DNA of 64,000 nucleotides from Iphione sp. A-MEVVRFRX5 (Eukaryota), in assembly GCA_976226885.1 (NCBI GenBank), contig OZ320319.1, positions 59,582,001 to 59,646,000 on the forward strand, given 5' to 3'. Numbering within the stretch: position 1 is the stretch's first letter; each line of letters opens with the position of its first letter. The position numbers and the translations under genes were made by a program. Of the stretch, positions 1 through 11,600 are shown in pieces. The notes beneath the pieces were generated by a model. It was not told the DNA's origin, did not search any database, and saw only the letters and a program-made list of their open reading frames with translations.

Positions 1-249
1 AAAAATCGATAATAGAGACCCTAGTTGGAGGAGAGGTGGAGTAATATCGCTTTCATTGAGATAATTAGACTATCAAGGAACGTAAGGGAGGATTGTGCCT
101 AAATAGTACGGGACAAAGAGGACAGGAGACAGGAGGAGAGAAAGTAGGAAAGAGAGAGTATTAAAGGGAGACGGGATAGAAGTACTGCTTGAAGGATACA
201 GGTATATGAGGGCGCCTAAAAGCAGCAATGGGAAAGGAAACAGGAGGTG

Positions 250-600
250 TCACTTGCTGAAGGAGGCAGAAATCGGGTGCCAACACACTACCAACATTAT
301 TGACATTTGTTTAAATCGCAGGGCCTTAGTGTCAGTACAGATTCAAGTGTACGGATGGCAAGGTCGGTGGACTCTTTACTGCACCTGCTTCTGCGTGCCT
401 CTGCATGTACATATTATACTAGTCTATTTCGCCGAACATTCCATGGTAATCTAATTAGATTTAGGGTACTGCATTCCGATATCACACGCGGAGTGACGAT
501 TATAAGAAATGTTCCAGTTAATGTTGGTTGTGATCCCTAAAGCTACAATGACTCAAACATTACCCTCTTTTAAATATAAAGGAATATTCCATAATTGTCC
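250..600 (-). mobile_element. Decayed non-LTR (CR1/L2-like) RT fragment
   Basis: Broken frame NRLV*Y...KESTDLAI...CDLNKC, resembling RT motifs STELA.. and DLSKAFD. Confidence 0.4.
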
Positions 601-1654
601 TCCGGATTTCCTCTTCGAGGCGCCCACCTGGTTGCGTCCCTGACTCTCCTCTTCATGTGCCTGCCCTACCATTCACGCTTACCGGCCTTCCTCACCAACT
701 TGCTGTCCTATTCTCTCTCATCGTTCGCTAAATATCTTTCCTACCCTGACCCTCTAACATGCCTTTTTCTCTCCCGTCTCGCGCAAGCTTTCCGCCTCTC
801 CGTTCGCTCGAACTATCAGTTTATAGCCCACTATGACCATTCTTGTGCCACGAGGGGCTGAATAGATAATACCTTGAACAAGCATGGCTCGTTCTGGTGA
901 TACTTGACTATATAGAGGATGAAAAACGTTCTGCATACATGTATTTGACATCTTGAATGTGCGCGGAAACGGTATCTTTTTAACTTTGACAAACACGGGA
1001 TAAACTGCAGCTTACTTTTCTACAGTTTACCTTTTCTCTCACATTAACCTATTGAACTATCGTCTGCATATGAGGCGGTCCGTACTACTTTTTAATTTAT
1101 TTATACTGAATGCCCCCCCCCCAAAAACCTTTCCTATTTCAATGCTATAGGCCCAAGCCGCATATCCTTCTGTTTGCTTTCTTACAAAGCTACCAGATCA
1201 CACGTAACTGACATTTTATCACAGGTGTTAAATCTGCCAACCTGGGCTTGGCTGTGACATCGCTCCGCCCTCCATCCTCGTTAATCCCGCGGGACGTTGG
1301 CCCGTGCCCGTTACTTCCGGTTGAATCATCGACGATGGCGAATACGCCGGAAGGGAGGGTTGGCCGCCGTCAGCTGGCGGTCTTTGGCGAATACGGCCGG
1401 GGACTGTCAATTCAACAGCTGTATCAGTGGTATGAGAAGGGTTCGGACCAGGAGCAAGGTGGTGGCCGTACCCCTGGCCGCGTCGGCCGTGAGTAGGGTC
1501 GGAGGGGCCCGGTAGGCCCTGGTTGGGACTGGGAATGCGGCCGGTGCCGGGGTCGGAAGGGCTGTGGCTACGCAAGGAAGCATCGGGCCGTCGGCCTGCC
1601 GTCGCTGCATGCCGCCCTCCTCGCCCGTCGGCCGGTTGCAGTCGCTGCTGCCTC

Positions 1655-1745
1655 TGCCCTTGTCGCTGCTGCTGCTGCTGCTGCTGCTTTTGCCACCGCT
1701 GTTCTTGCTGCTGTTGCTGCTGCTGCTGCCGCTGCTGCCGCCGAG
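1655..1745. repeat. Imperfect (CTG/CAG)n trinucleotide tract
   Basis: GCTGCTGCTGCTG runs at about 1666-1687 and 1705-1740. Confidence 0.9.
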
Positions 1746-3559
1746 GCTGGGAGCAGGCAGAACCCTCCCCTACCTGCCGGGAGCGGTGCTGGTGCTGTGG
1801 TCTCCGCCGAGCCTCCTGCCCTGAGCGGCGGTCCCCGGTGAAGCGACTGTGAATAAATTCCACCACTTCCTCCATGATATCCGTAGCTAGGACACCAGCC
1901 CTTCTCTCCACCATCCTCCTGGCCCTCCCCTTCCCTCTTTGCCTCCTCCTCCTCCCCCTCCTCTTCCTCCACCTTCTCCCACTATAGTCTCCAGCACTAT
2001 GTCTGTCTGTGTAGGTCTATGTGTTCGGCTCACCCGTTGAGTCCTCCTCCTTCTGATACTACTACTTCCCCTCCACCACCAACACCACCACCACCACCTC
2101 CTCCTGTGTGTTTCTCCAGGTAAAGGGACTGTGCAGTGACTGTCGCCATCACTGCCTCTACCTCTACCATCACTGACTCCCTCTGCCTCTCTCCGCACGC
2201 CTCCGCACACAGCCACCCCATGCACACAATACCGGCCGATCCAGCTCAACTCAACTCATCGAAGGGCATCCCTCCAGCATAACGCACACTAGAAGATACT
2301 CTCGTCCTAATTTGAGTCCTGTTCCCGATGCATGTATTTCCATGCGCACATTTTCGCCGACTGCATGAAGCAGGATTACATGTACGATTTTTGGTAAGCT
2401 AATGCTAGATTGATCAAATAATGGTCATTTGTGAGGTAATTCCTCCTGTTAAAACTTGAGGTATCTTGGCAATGGATGAAATGAATAGATCTTGATTAAC
2501 ATTTTACTATTCAGAGCACACCATTTTAGCTACCGTCTATGCGAGTCGGAGCTTTTTTTAATATTTTGACGGGGGTCACCTCACTGACTGTTTGGGCTAA
2601 ATACAGATTAGACCATATCTGGCGTTGTCATCGAATTAAACCGTGTTCAATATGACAATAAAATGCAATAGAAGTCCATCAACTACAAGATAGTGGATGG
2701 GTTTGTCTCATTGTCGCATTACGGTTACCAGTACGTCACGAAGAAGTGCCCCCCTAGTCTAGAATACATTGATCCTTAAATTCAATACCGCCTAGTCATA
2801 TGAAACCGTTGCTGGTTGATTCTTGTATTAAACAACAAAGATCGGCAGATTAAGGTGTATCCATAGCATGATTTGCTGCGAGTAAAAGCATGTAATATGT
2901 GCTAATTTTGAAAAATGAAACAGTAGAAGTGACGTTCCAAAGACCCAGCCAGTTGATTTCCTGTCAAGGTTCCTACGGAGTCCGCCAGAAGTACATGATA
3001 CCAAATCTACAACGGATATCAACACAGATTTAAGTGCAGAGGGTAATTTACTATCCCGCAAATGAGGACCAGAGAAACTGATGTAATCCTAAATTTATGA
3101 CAGCTTGTTTCGGTGTCAGGGGAACCAATGAGTCAAGGGAACAAAATGGCCGTCTCAACAAGGTCAACCGCCCGAACTTCGAACTGGACATCACTGGGAA
3201 ACGTATGCAGTGATCAGTACAACAGCGTTGTGCGAGTTGTCATGCCCATGTAGCTTATGCCCAGGCCTAAGTCTCAGGTAGCGGTATATGTGCCGGGTAG
3301 ATTTTGACAGGTCCGCGCCCTCCGTCCTCCTCCTGTCGCCCAACCACCCATCCTCCGGGCAGACTTATTTCCTGTGGCAGCAGAACATTGCGTTCAAAGC
3401 CATTGAAACGTCAATGTTAGCTGCCCCCGTGGGCATCCTTCTAATATCGCCCAAGTACCAAGTGCCGTATTGTTGCTCAGGCCCAGGTTTCTGTTTTGGA
3501 CAGGATCATCTCTCTCCCTCAGATTCTCCTACCAGTCCAGGTTTCCCTTTCCTGTTCAA

Positions 3560-4000
3560 TGTATCCTCTATCCTAGAGTTTTAAATATTTGGGGTTTTCC
3601 AATATACAACAGATTTAGGCACCTTCCTCCGTCTACGATTCTTTGGCTTTTCCCTCTGAACTTTCTTTCCTCGCTTCTCTCCCTGCACGTATTTGCTACT
3701 TTGTTCTCTGTCACTCTTGCCCCCTCTCATTTGCTCTCTCCCTCACTCCTCCATTCACTATCTCGAAGGTAAACCAAGGCAAATCCTAAGACCTGCCCTA
3801 AAAGTGAATAATACTTTTTCGGGGCTTGACAAAAACTCACCCGAGAAAGCTTTCCCTATGACTAATTGATGCAAATAAAATCAATGCAGACTGAAACATG
3901 TTTCACTGTGATTTAAGCCGTGTATCCGACAGAAAGCACGACATGTGAGGAAGGGTATCATCTTCAGGCTGACTGACTATCTTGGCTGGTGGTCAGATCT
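3560..4000 (+). mobile_element. Decayed non-LTR RT fragment
   Basis: FSGLDKNSPEKAF (cf. GFRK..STE.A), MFHCDLSRVSDRKH (cf. FLDLSKAFD..H), IFRLTDYL. Confidence 0.5.
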
Positions 4001-4272
4001 CCCTTTGAAGGAATTTCTATCCCTGTTCTCTTCCTGTTCATGTCATCCCCCTGGCCACCATCCCTCTCTACCACAAGTCCAACTACTTCTAGCGCCAGCA
4101 ATCGATCGGCTGACCTCGATCCTTTGATCATTAGGCTCTTCAGCAGCACTGCCGCTGCACCCCATCCATCAGTACGTTTGCCATACCTCTCTCACCAGGA
4201 CAAAACTCCACGTTTACCTGCCCGATGACCCTAATATACATAGATCTTAGTAGGCAATAATACAGTAAGTTA

Positions 4273-4406
4273 TAGTTACATACCGAGTAGAGCAATTTAC
4301 ATGATATATTCATACAGCAGGGATCAAGCCCCGAGGCGTGAACTGAGGGGGTTAAGCCCTGCTGTACAAAAATATCCCGTACAATGCTCTACGAGGTATG
4401 TAACTA
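4273..4406. mobile_element. Palindromic MITE-like element with probable TA target-site duplication
   Basis: TAGTTACATACC (4273) / GGTATGTAACTA (ends 4406) perfect inverted pair; inner arms TACAGCAGGG/CCCTGCTGTA and GTAGAGCA/TGCTCTAC. Confidence 0.75.
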
Positions 4407-4431
4407 ATTTAAAGCATGGCCCCCTCCCACA

Positions 4432-4912
4432 AACAGAGGGTTACACATGACACACAACAGGTAACAGATGCCTCTAGAGAGGGTTACACATGACACACAA
4501 CAGGTAACAGATACCTCTACAGAGTGTTACACATGACACACAACAGGTAACATACACTTCTATAGAGTGTTACAGAAGATACACAACAGGTAACATATGC
4601 CTTACAGAGGGTTACAGTGGACACACCATAGGTAACACACACTTCTACAGAGAGTTACAGAGGATGCACAACAGGTACCAGACGACAGAAGGTTACACAT
4701 GACACACAACAGGTAACAGACACCTCTACAGAGTGTTACACATGACACACAACAGGTAAAATACACCTCTACAGAGTGTTACAGAGGATACACAACAGGT
4801 AGCAGACACCTCTACAGAGGGTTACACATGACACACAACATGTAAGAGACACATCTACAGAAGGTTACAGGGACACACAACAGGTGACTGTCACTTTTAC
4901 AAAGGGTTACAT
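4432..4912. repeat. 43-bp minisatellite, about 11 diverged copies
   Basis: AGAGGGTTACACATGACACACAACAGGTAACAGATGCCTCT unit; starts at 4435 and 4478. Confidence 0.92.
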
Positions 4913-4918
4913 AGTGAA

Positions 4919-4990
4919 GTCTCTATGGTCAAGTGGGTTAGAGTGCCGACACCCCTAGGCAGAACACATCTGCATGGGTTCAAGTCCCCT
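4919..4990 (+). mobile_element. tRNA-derived SINE head (Pol III A and B boxes)
   Basis: A box TGGTCAAGTGG 4926-4936; B box GGTTCAAGTCC 4977-4987; no convincing cloverleaf. Confidence 0.65.
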
Positions 4991-6649
4991 TAGCAACCTT
5001 AAGAGACAATGAAGAGGTCTGTCGTTCTCACACCTACAAACGCTAATCCAAACAATGACTTTATGTGTTATATTGATACACTTTGCCATATAGGCCTAAA
5101 GAGAAAAGAAAGATGGCTGCCGTGCTTTAAAAGGGCTAATACTATTTCGAACGGGAGGCACCTTCACACGCACACAGCCTCCCATATAAAAAGCCGAATC
5201 AGCGCACATGTATATTTCTGTCGTATACAGATGAGATGCCTGAAAATATGTGCCTTCACATAACGTTTAGTGCTCACTTCATAGGCATTTCTAATGAATA
5301 AATATAATATACAGACATAAATATTTTTTAAGAAAATCTTCCCTACAACCGTTACTTGTAAACGTTCCTGACGAGCGGACACAGATGTTGACAACTGATT
5401 TGTAAACAAACACATGCAAGAAAATAGTAGTGTAGACAACAGAACACACAAAACGTAACATATCATCTCCTGTCACACTTACTCCGGAGTGTTTCTTTGC
5501 ATGTTTGCTTGTCATTACATCGATCACTGTTGCTAACATAGGTAAAGACATAAACGTCCCTTTAAACAGATGTAAACTGATGCTCAGAGATCCACGCACA
5601 GACGGACTCTAAAAGGTATACATACACAGGCATGACTATTTAAAGGAATTTAGGGGCAATTATATCAGAGCGGAAGGCTGCAATCGAGACAATTTGTTGC
5701 CAGAGACGACTATTAAAATAAAATATGCATGATATGCCCGGCTATGTATTTAATTGAACCATATACCATATATCAATCTACCCAGGTATCCTGGATCAAT
5801 GCATGTCTTATGCGCATGTTTTACTTAATCTGTACTTGTAACTAGCCTACATCTACCTCAATATTACCATCTAAATATAGTCATCTACTCCTTTTCCGTG
5901 AATGTAAAGTCATGTATAGCTACATGTTCAAGGCTACCCCTTAACATGTGTGCCCATGGACATCTCAATCTGCACCTGTTAGGGCAAAGTTGCTAAGACA
6001 ACCCGTACACACTTATAGTTGAATGTATTGATAGATCTCAGTATGTTTATAGCAAAGGACCACTAGAGTAGTTGTGATGCACGGATGGAAAGATTCGACA
6101 ACTGACGGTACACACATGCCTGCGCAGACATGCGGACTCGCGCACACGCTATATTGATGATTCCTTGTTGGAGGAGCTTGATGCTGCGAAAGACACTCTT
6201 TCGCGGAACAAGACAGTCACGCCCATACACTTCCACCAACAATACGCACACAATAACCCCCTCACTCCCCCCAAACACACAGCGACACTGATACTTCGCA
6301 TCATGAGGAAGAGCACCCAGGGGACTATACGTATGGTCGGCCATCCCCGTCACCCCTACTGCTTTATCATCAAATATTAATCTCAAGCGTTGAAATAATG
6401 TACATGGTTCGTGACCTCACGCAGAGTGCAATAAGGGGAACTCGACGCACCAATGTCGCACAATGACTGAGTTGACTGTAGAACAAGTAGTTAAGTGCTG
6501 CTTTAATATGCTATCTTAAAGATGCAATGCAAGCATTGGTTGTTCAGAGTGAAATCTTTGGGTTTAATTCCATTGGCTCGACTGAAAATCATGTCAAAAA
6601 TATTGTAGAATTAAATGTTGCCTTTGGGAACAGGTCTTCTACGGAACGC

Positions 6650-7300
6650 ATTTATATAGAACTACATGTATCTGATGCAGTGCACCAGTATGATGTCGCA
6701 GCTATCTGGTATACCACACACTGCTTGTATGATGCTATTAACAAACCTAACCTACAGATACCGGTGTCCCCATGTTCATCACCATCTCTACCTCGAACTC
6801 GTAGTCTGTTAGGTATGAGAGGCTCAATTGAACTATGAATGAGTGTACATGAGGGCCCAGTTGACCTGAAAGAGGCTGGTAATGGCGTAGGAATCAAAAC
6901 CAGAATTTCGGTGTGCCCACCTCTTGTGTTACGAATATGGGAAGTGTGAAATACAGACTGAATTGGAAGAGACGATACAATGCGATCTTTATTTTTTGCT
7001 GATGTGCAGTTTGGGTAGCAATTTAGATTTTGGAAACTGGAATAAAGAATTTGTAGATAATAGGTAACTGACATCTGATAAGCCGATTGTAGACCTAATA
7101 CACTGAATATGTATGCTGATGACCTTTTCGAGAAGGAAATTGAAGTTTTCAGAAAGGTCGGCAGCCTTTTACTAAATCACAAATCTTTCTGGGGAAATAT
7201 TTGTCTTTTTTTGCATTAAACCTTCACCTGTATGAGGCAATACCCGATCTTGAGATACATTATATCCTCATGAGTCACCTGGTATCGCTCAATGAGAACT
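6650..7300 (-). mobile_element. Decayed L2/CR1-like ORF2 3' end
   Basis: SAYIFSVLGL..., FHTSHIRNTRG (6920-6951), SFRSTGP resemble the post-RT C-terminal tail of L2-clade elements. Confidence 0.4.
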
Positions 7301-8089
7301 ATGTCAGTCGGGAAGGACATTAATTGTGAGAGTAGGGTCAACTATGGGCAAAAAATCACGTGGCAGTGCTATTTGTCTGAGATCCCCCAAAGAAGAATCC
7401 CTTTATATTTTCATAACTGTGGGAAAGTACTATTGTGCACGTGAAGTATTCACCTGTTTTATGTTCTACTTATTCATTTCATGTACGATTCAAGGGCCAA
7501 TGGTTCTGCATAATTTTAAGGCGAATCGTATTTTGTATATGACGTCTACATCGGGGATTATTCAGAGGCTGTTCATATTTGTATATGAGAAAACATGATG
7601 CAATTACCTTTAGTTGCACTATGCTAAGATTTATCACATTTGCTTTGATTTGGGGAATACGTATCTACACTGGAGGCCATTTATACTGTGAAATATGACC
7701 TGTTGGTTAGGAACCATACTCATTTCAACTAAACCTCGGTAGTTCTGTGTCAGGAAGTAAAAGAAGAACTGTAAAAAATTGAGCTATTACAGAACAAATA
7801 TGAAGCATTCCCGCAGACGGGCCGCGGTGTACTGGCAGCCAAATGATCTCCTTTTTCGTGTCCCTGTATTGGAAAATGCCAGGATATGGAAGACAATTAT
7901 CACAAATCAAAATCGATTAATGGATGATTTACCGAATACCTATACTTACAAATGATAAATAAAATAAAATATTGAGCACTGGTGCGATATGAAGTATATG
8001 AATGAAACAAAAACAATGCAGTGGAGGGGACCAGGTCCTCCGCAAAAAAGCAGCTTATAACCTGCACTGGCATGCCAAATAATGCTGAC

Positions 8090-8608
8090 CTGTGACTTTA
8101 CACTGTAGAATGATTGTACTGCCTTCCCTGACGGAAACTGGCTTTGGAGGTTCTAAAATCGTCGGCCGTCCAGGCAACTTGTTATCATGGATCCTCTCCG
8201 TTTCAGACTGTGATGCTCCAGCAGTTATCTCCGGTAAATCTGTCAGAACCTCTTCAAGATCAGCTTTAGAAGTTTGATGGAGTGTTGCATGAGACTCTTC
8301 AGGTTGAGAAGTCACAGCTTCTTGGTCAAAAACAGGGACACTCTCTTTATGTGACATGCTGGATACTTTAGCTGGTCTGGGCTCATCTGTGGATGCCTTG
8401 ATGACTACCGGGACCAGGGCAGTGGCCGTTCCGCATGGGTTGGAAACGTGTAGTGTGTATTCCCCTGCATCTGTGATCTCTGCTTTCCGGATCTCAAAGA
8501 TGTAGAGGTCTTCTTCCAAATCCCAGTTCAGGAAAATACGTTTGTCCTTCTTGGACATCATCAGGCGGCGGTCTTCCTTGTACCAGGCAATCTCGGGCGG
8601 TGGGTGAC
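8090..8608 (-). CDS. Ig cassette exon (519 nt); last exon found, next exon must lie left of the window
   Basis: (G)HPPPEIAWYK...IILQCKVT-G|GTCAGC; no Ig C-part exon seen in 1-8089. Confidence 0.88.
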
Positions 8609-11600
8609 CTATAGGTTTGGTAAAGGAGGCAGGTGTCACCCAGTTATCCCTACATCCTTATTGTAGCGAATCCCCAGGACTGGATAGGAAATATTTATTC
8701 CATCCATTAAATTGAACTGTCGATAGACGTATTTGATTTTCCATACCATTAGCTGAGCATTGCAGGTAACTGAACTCTTTACTCACAAGTCTGGCCACTT
8801 TAAATTTGAATTGCACTTAACTTCAAATGCCTATTAAAGATTATCTGTGGTTTTAAAAGTACTTAAGCAAAAGCACATTAGAAGATATTCATATATGTCA
8901 GTATACGAACGAATGATCGCTTTATAATACAATATTACTATTTCAGAATCAAGACGGCAGTATATTCATCTCCTAGTACTTAGTTATATGATCATACAGA
9001 AGTGGCTCCCTCTAGTTTCTCGAACAAACGACATATATCCTGCTAAGTCTCTTTCAGGCTAATATATAGTACTTTCCTTCTATCTCAAACCTTGTTTTTA
9101 TCTATGTATTCAAACTTATTAGAAACTAGGCTTTTACATTTCTTGTACGAAATGTGGAGACATCCGAGATACAAAAGTTACCAAGATTGCTTCATGTTAA
9201 AATTGACTCAGTCGACATTTGGGGAAAGGGACAGCTCCACATAACACATCAATAAAAACAAAAGAACAAAACAAGAAAAACACTAAGTTGAAAACAAACG
9301 TTCCTCCAATATCTCAGTCAGATCAACTAGGAAAATTTTTGGAATTACAATTTCCATATGTAACATCATATTTAGGGAATTTTTTACACAAGACTTCTTC
9401 TGTACAATTGATACCAATCATGTATTCATACGCAAGGGATAAATACCTCTTGCATGAAATACGAGATACCTGACTATGTATTTTAAATGCGTTTAGGTAA
9501 TCGGTAACAGAGTAGTAAAATGATACGAGAAAGTTATTACTATAAAATATTGTGATAAATTGTGGTTATACGGTCAGGTAAGTCCAAAGCAATATCAAAA
9601 TATGTTAGAACGGAACAGACTCGGTTTCAACTGCACATTCTATAAGTAAGATAACGAAAAACAATTTAGTATAACGTAAATGAATATTTTGGTATGTAAA
9701 GTAAATATTTCATTCAAACAACTTTACGGGATTTGAACATATAAAAGCAACTCCGTCAAACCGTCAGTCTGGCACGTCACACCGTGCCTTGATGGGTTAG
9801 GACTTCAAATTTTAGGAGTTAAGATGTTGACTGAATGATGTCTCCACAATCCTTTTAATCCTATGTAAACACATACCCATAAATGAACTACCGACTTTCT
9901 ACATCTAAGATTTGACATTAGAATGATTTCAGCTTCAACTGAGCAACAGGCTACCTATATGGGTAAGCTTATTAATTCTACGCTCCCCAAGTTCCCCAAC
10001 AGTGCAAGAATGCAGAACTGTTAAAAGCTTTTGTGAAAAGCAAGCTTCTTTGAGATGCCAGCCCTGATGCGATTGGCAGGAAACAAGAATGTGTTATGCT
10101 CATGCCAGCTGACCTGAGATCTTGCAGGTGATTCTGACCAGGCCGCCTTGTAAAATGGCTACTGGCTCTGGAGGTATGACAATCTTGGGCGCTTCCCAAC
10201 CCAAGTACTTGATTCCTTTCTTTGGTTCTGACGCCACCTCCCAGACTTTCACTTTCAGTTCTGAGGTGTCCTCAGTAGTCAGGTATTTAGGTTCTTTGCT
10301 TTTTGCAATTCCTTTCTGAACTTCAGACTTCTTGCTGCAAAGCTCCTCCAAAACTGTGGTGAAGGGTTCTTTTTTGCCTGTCTTGGCTTTCTTTTCGGTA
10401 CGAGTCATCGCAGGTTGGACTTCCTCCTTCAGTGATTCCCCTTGATTATTAGAGGGTATGATCACTTTAAAACTTCTGGAAGATTGGCCTTCGTCGGTGG
10501 TTGCTCTGACTGTGTACTCACCACAATCTTGTTCACATGAATTAGCAATTTCCATGGAATAAATCCCGTCTCCATCATCGCAGTCGAAGGCCAACCGGTT
10601 TCCGAAGGATCCGCTTGAAAGTGGCTCTTGATTATCTCCCTTGAACCATGTGACCGCCGGTTGAGAAGATGCTGCCAGTTTAAATTTAGTCATATTTCAC
10701 CAGTACTCATTACCTTAAATTTCGTAACAAAAATTAGAACCACTTAGGGGAAAATCGAATGTTTCGTGGATCAAATTACATGGTCTTAAATGATATTGAC
10801 AAACATAGCATACATTTACCGAAGATTTTACTTTTTATGAAACAAACACTTCCAACCTGTAAGAAAACATATATTAACAGCAACGTGCAATAAGTGGCAA
10901 GGAGGAACAAGCAGCTAAATAAAACAAAGGGGCTATACAGAATGTAATTCTCGTCGAACATTCTGAAAAGGATAACCTTCAAGTTCAATAAGAAACAAAA
11001 GCAATACGCTTAGAACATGTGACAATGCATGTTTGTTGCATATTAACTAGTGAAATTCGGAGAAGGATTCTACTGGTACATAACAGACAATAGTAAATGA
11101 TGATAATATGCATGCTGAAATGAGATAAAGGGGCTGCTAGGGGAGCTGATGTTTAGGGAGTGAAGCAACAACAAATATTGACAAATAAGCCGAGAAAGGA
11201 AATAACATCAAACAATAATGCAGGCAATATGCAAGGTTTGAGATCCCAACCTGTAATCTTGCATTTAAGACGAATAACTCCGCCTTCGGAGACTGTGACT
11301 GGTTCTGGCGCAATTTCTATCACGGGAACCAGTTCCTCTGTCTTTTTCTTTGGTGTCGGGGGTACTAGGTCAGGCTGCGTGGGTATACTGGCAACATCTT
11401 GAACAACGGGTTCCTCAAGAATTACTCCTGATGCATGGATGGGCGAATCTACCGATGGCTTTTGTTGTGAAATTTCGAAAGAAGCCTCTTCCTCGACATA
11501 GGCTGCTTCCTTGTGGACAATATCTCCACTAATGGTGACTACCTCTTCACGTTGTGAACTAACCTCTCTGGTAACAGTAGTGTCCTCCTTCTGTTTCTGT

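Noticed and set aside
4432-4912. CRISPR-like regularity of the 43-bp array
   Set aside because: No unique spacers, whole units are homologous, eukaryotic context, no cas genes.
4919-4990. Functional tRNA gene
   Set aside because: A and B boxes are present, but no convincing acceptor or anticodon stems; fits a SINE head.
7106-7123. NMYADD reverse-transcriptase-like motif on the + strand
   Set aside because: Flanking RT motifs are not at the expected spacing, and the minus strand reads better as an L2-like 3' tail; treated as chance.
9761-9795. Small hairpin CCGTCA..GGCACG / CGTGCC..TGATGG
   Set aside because: Too short to distinguish from chance; no terminator role in a eukaryotic intron.
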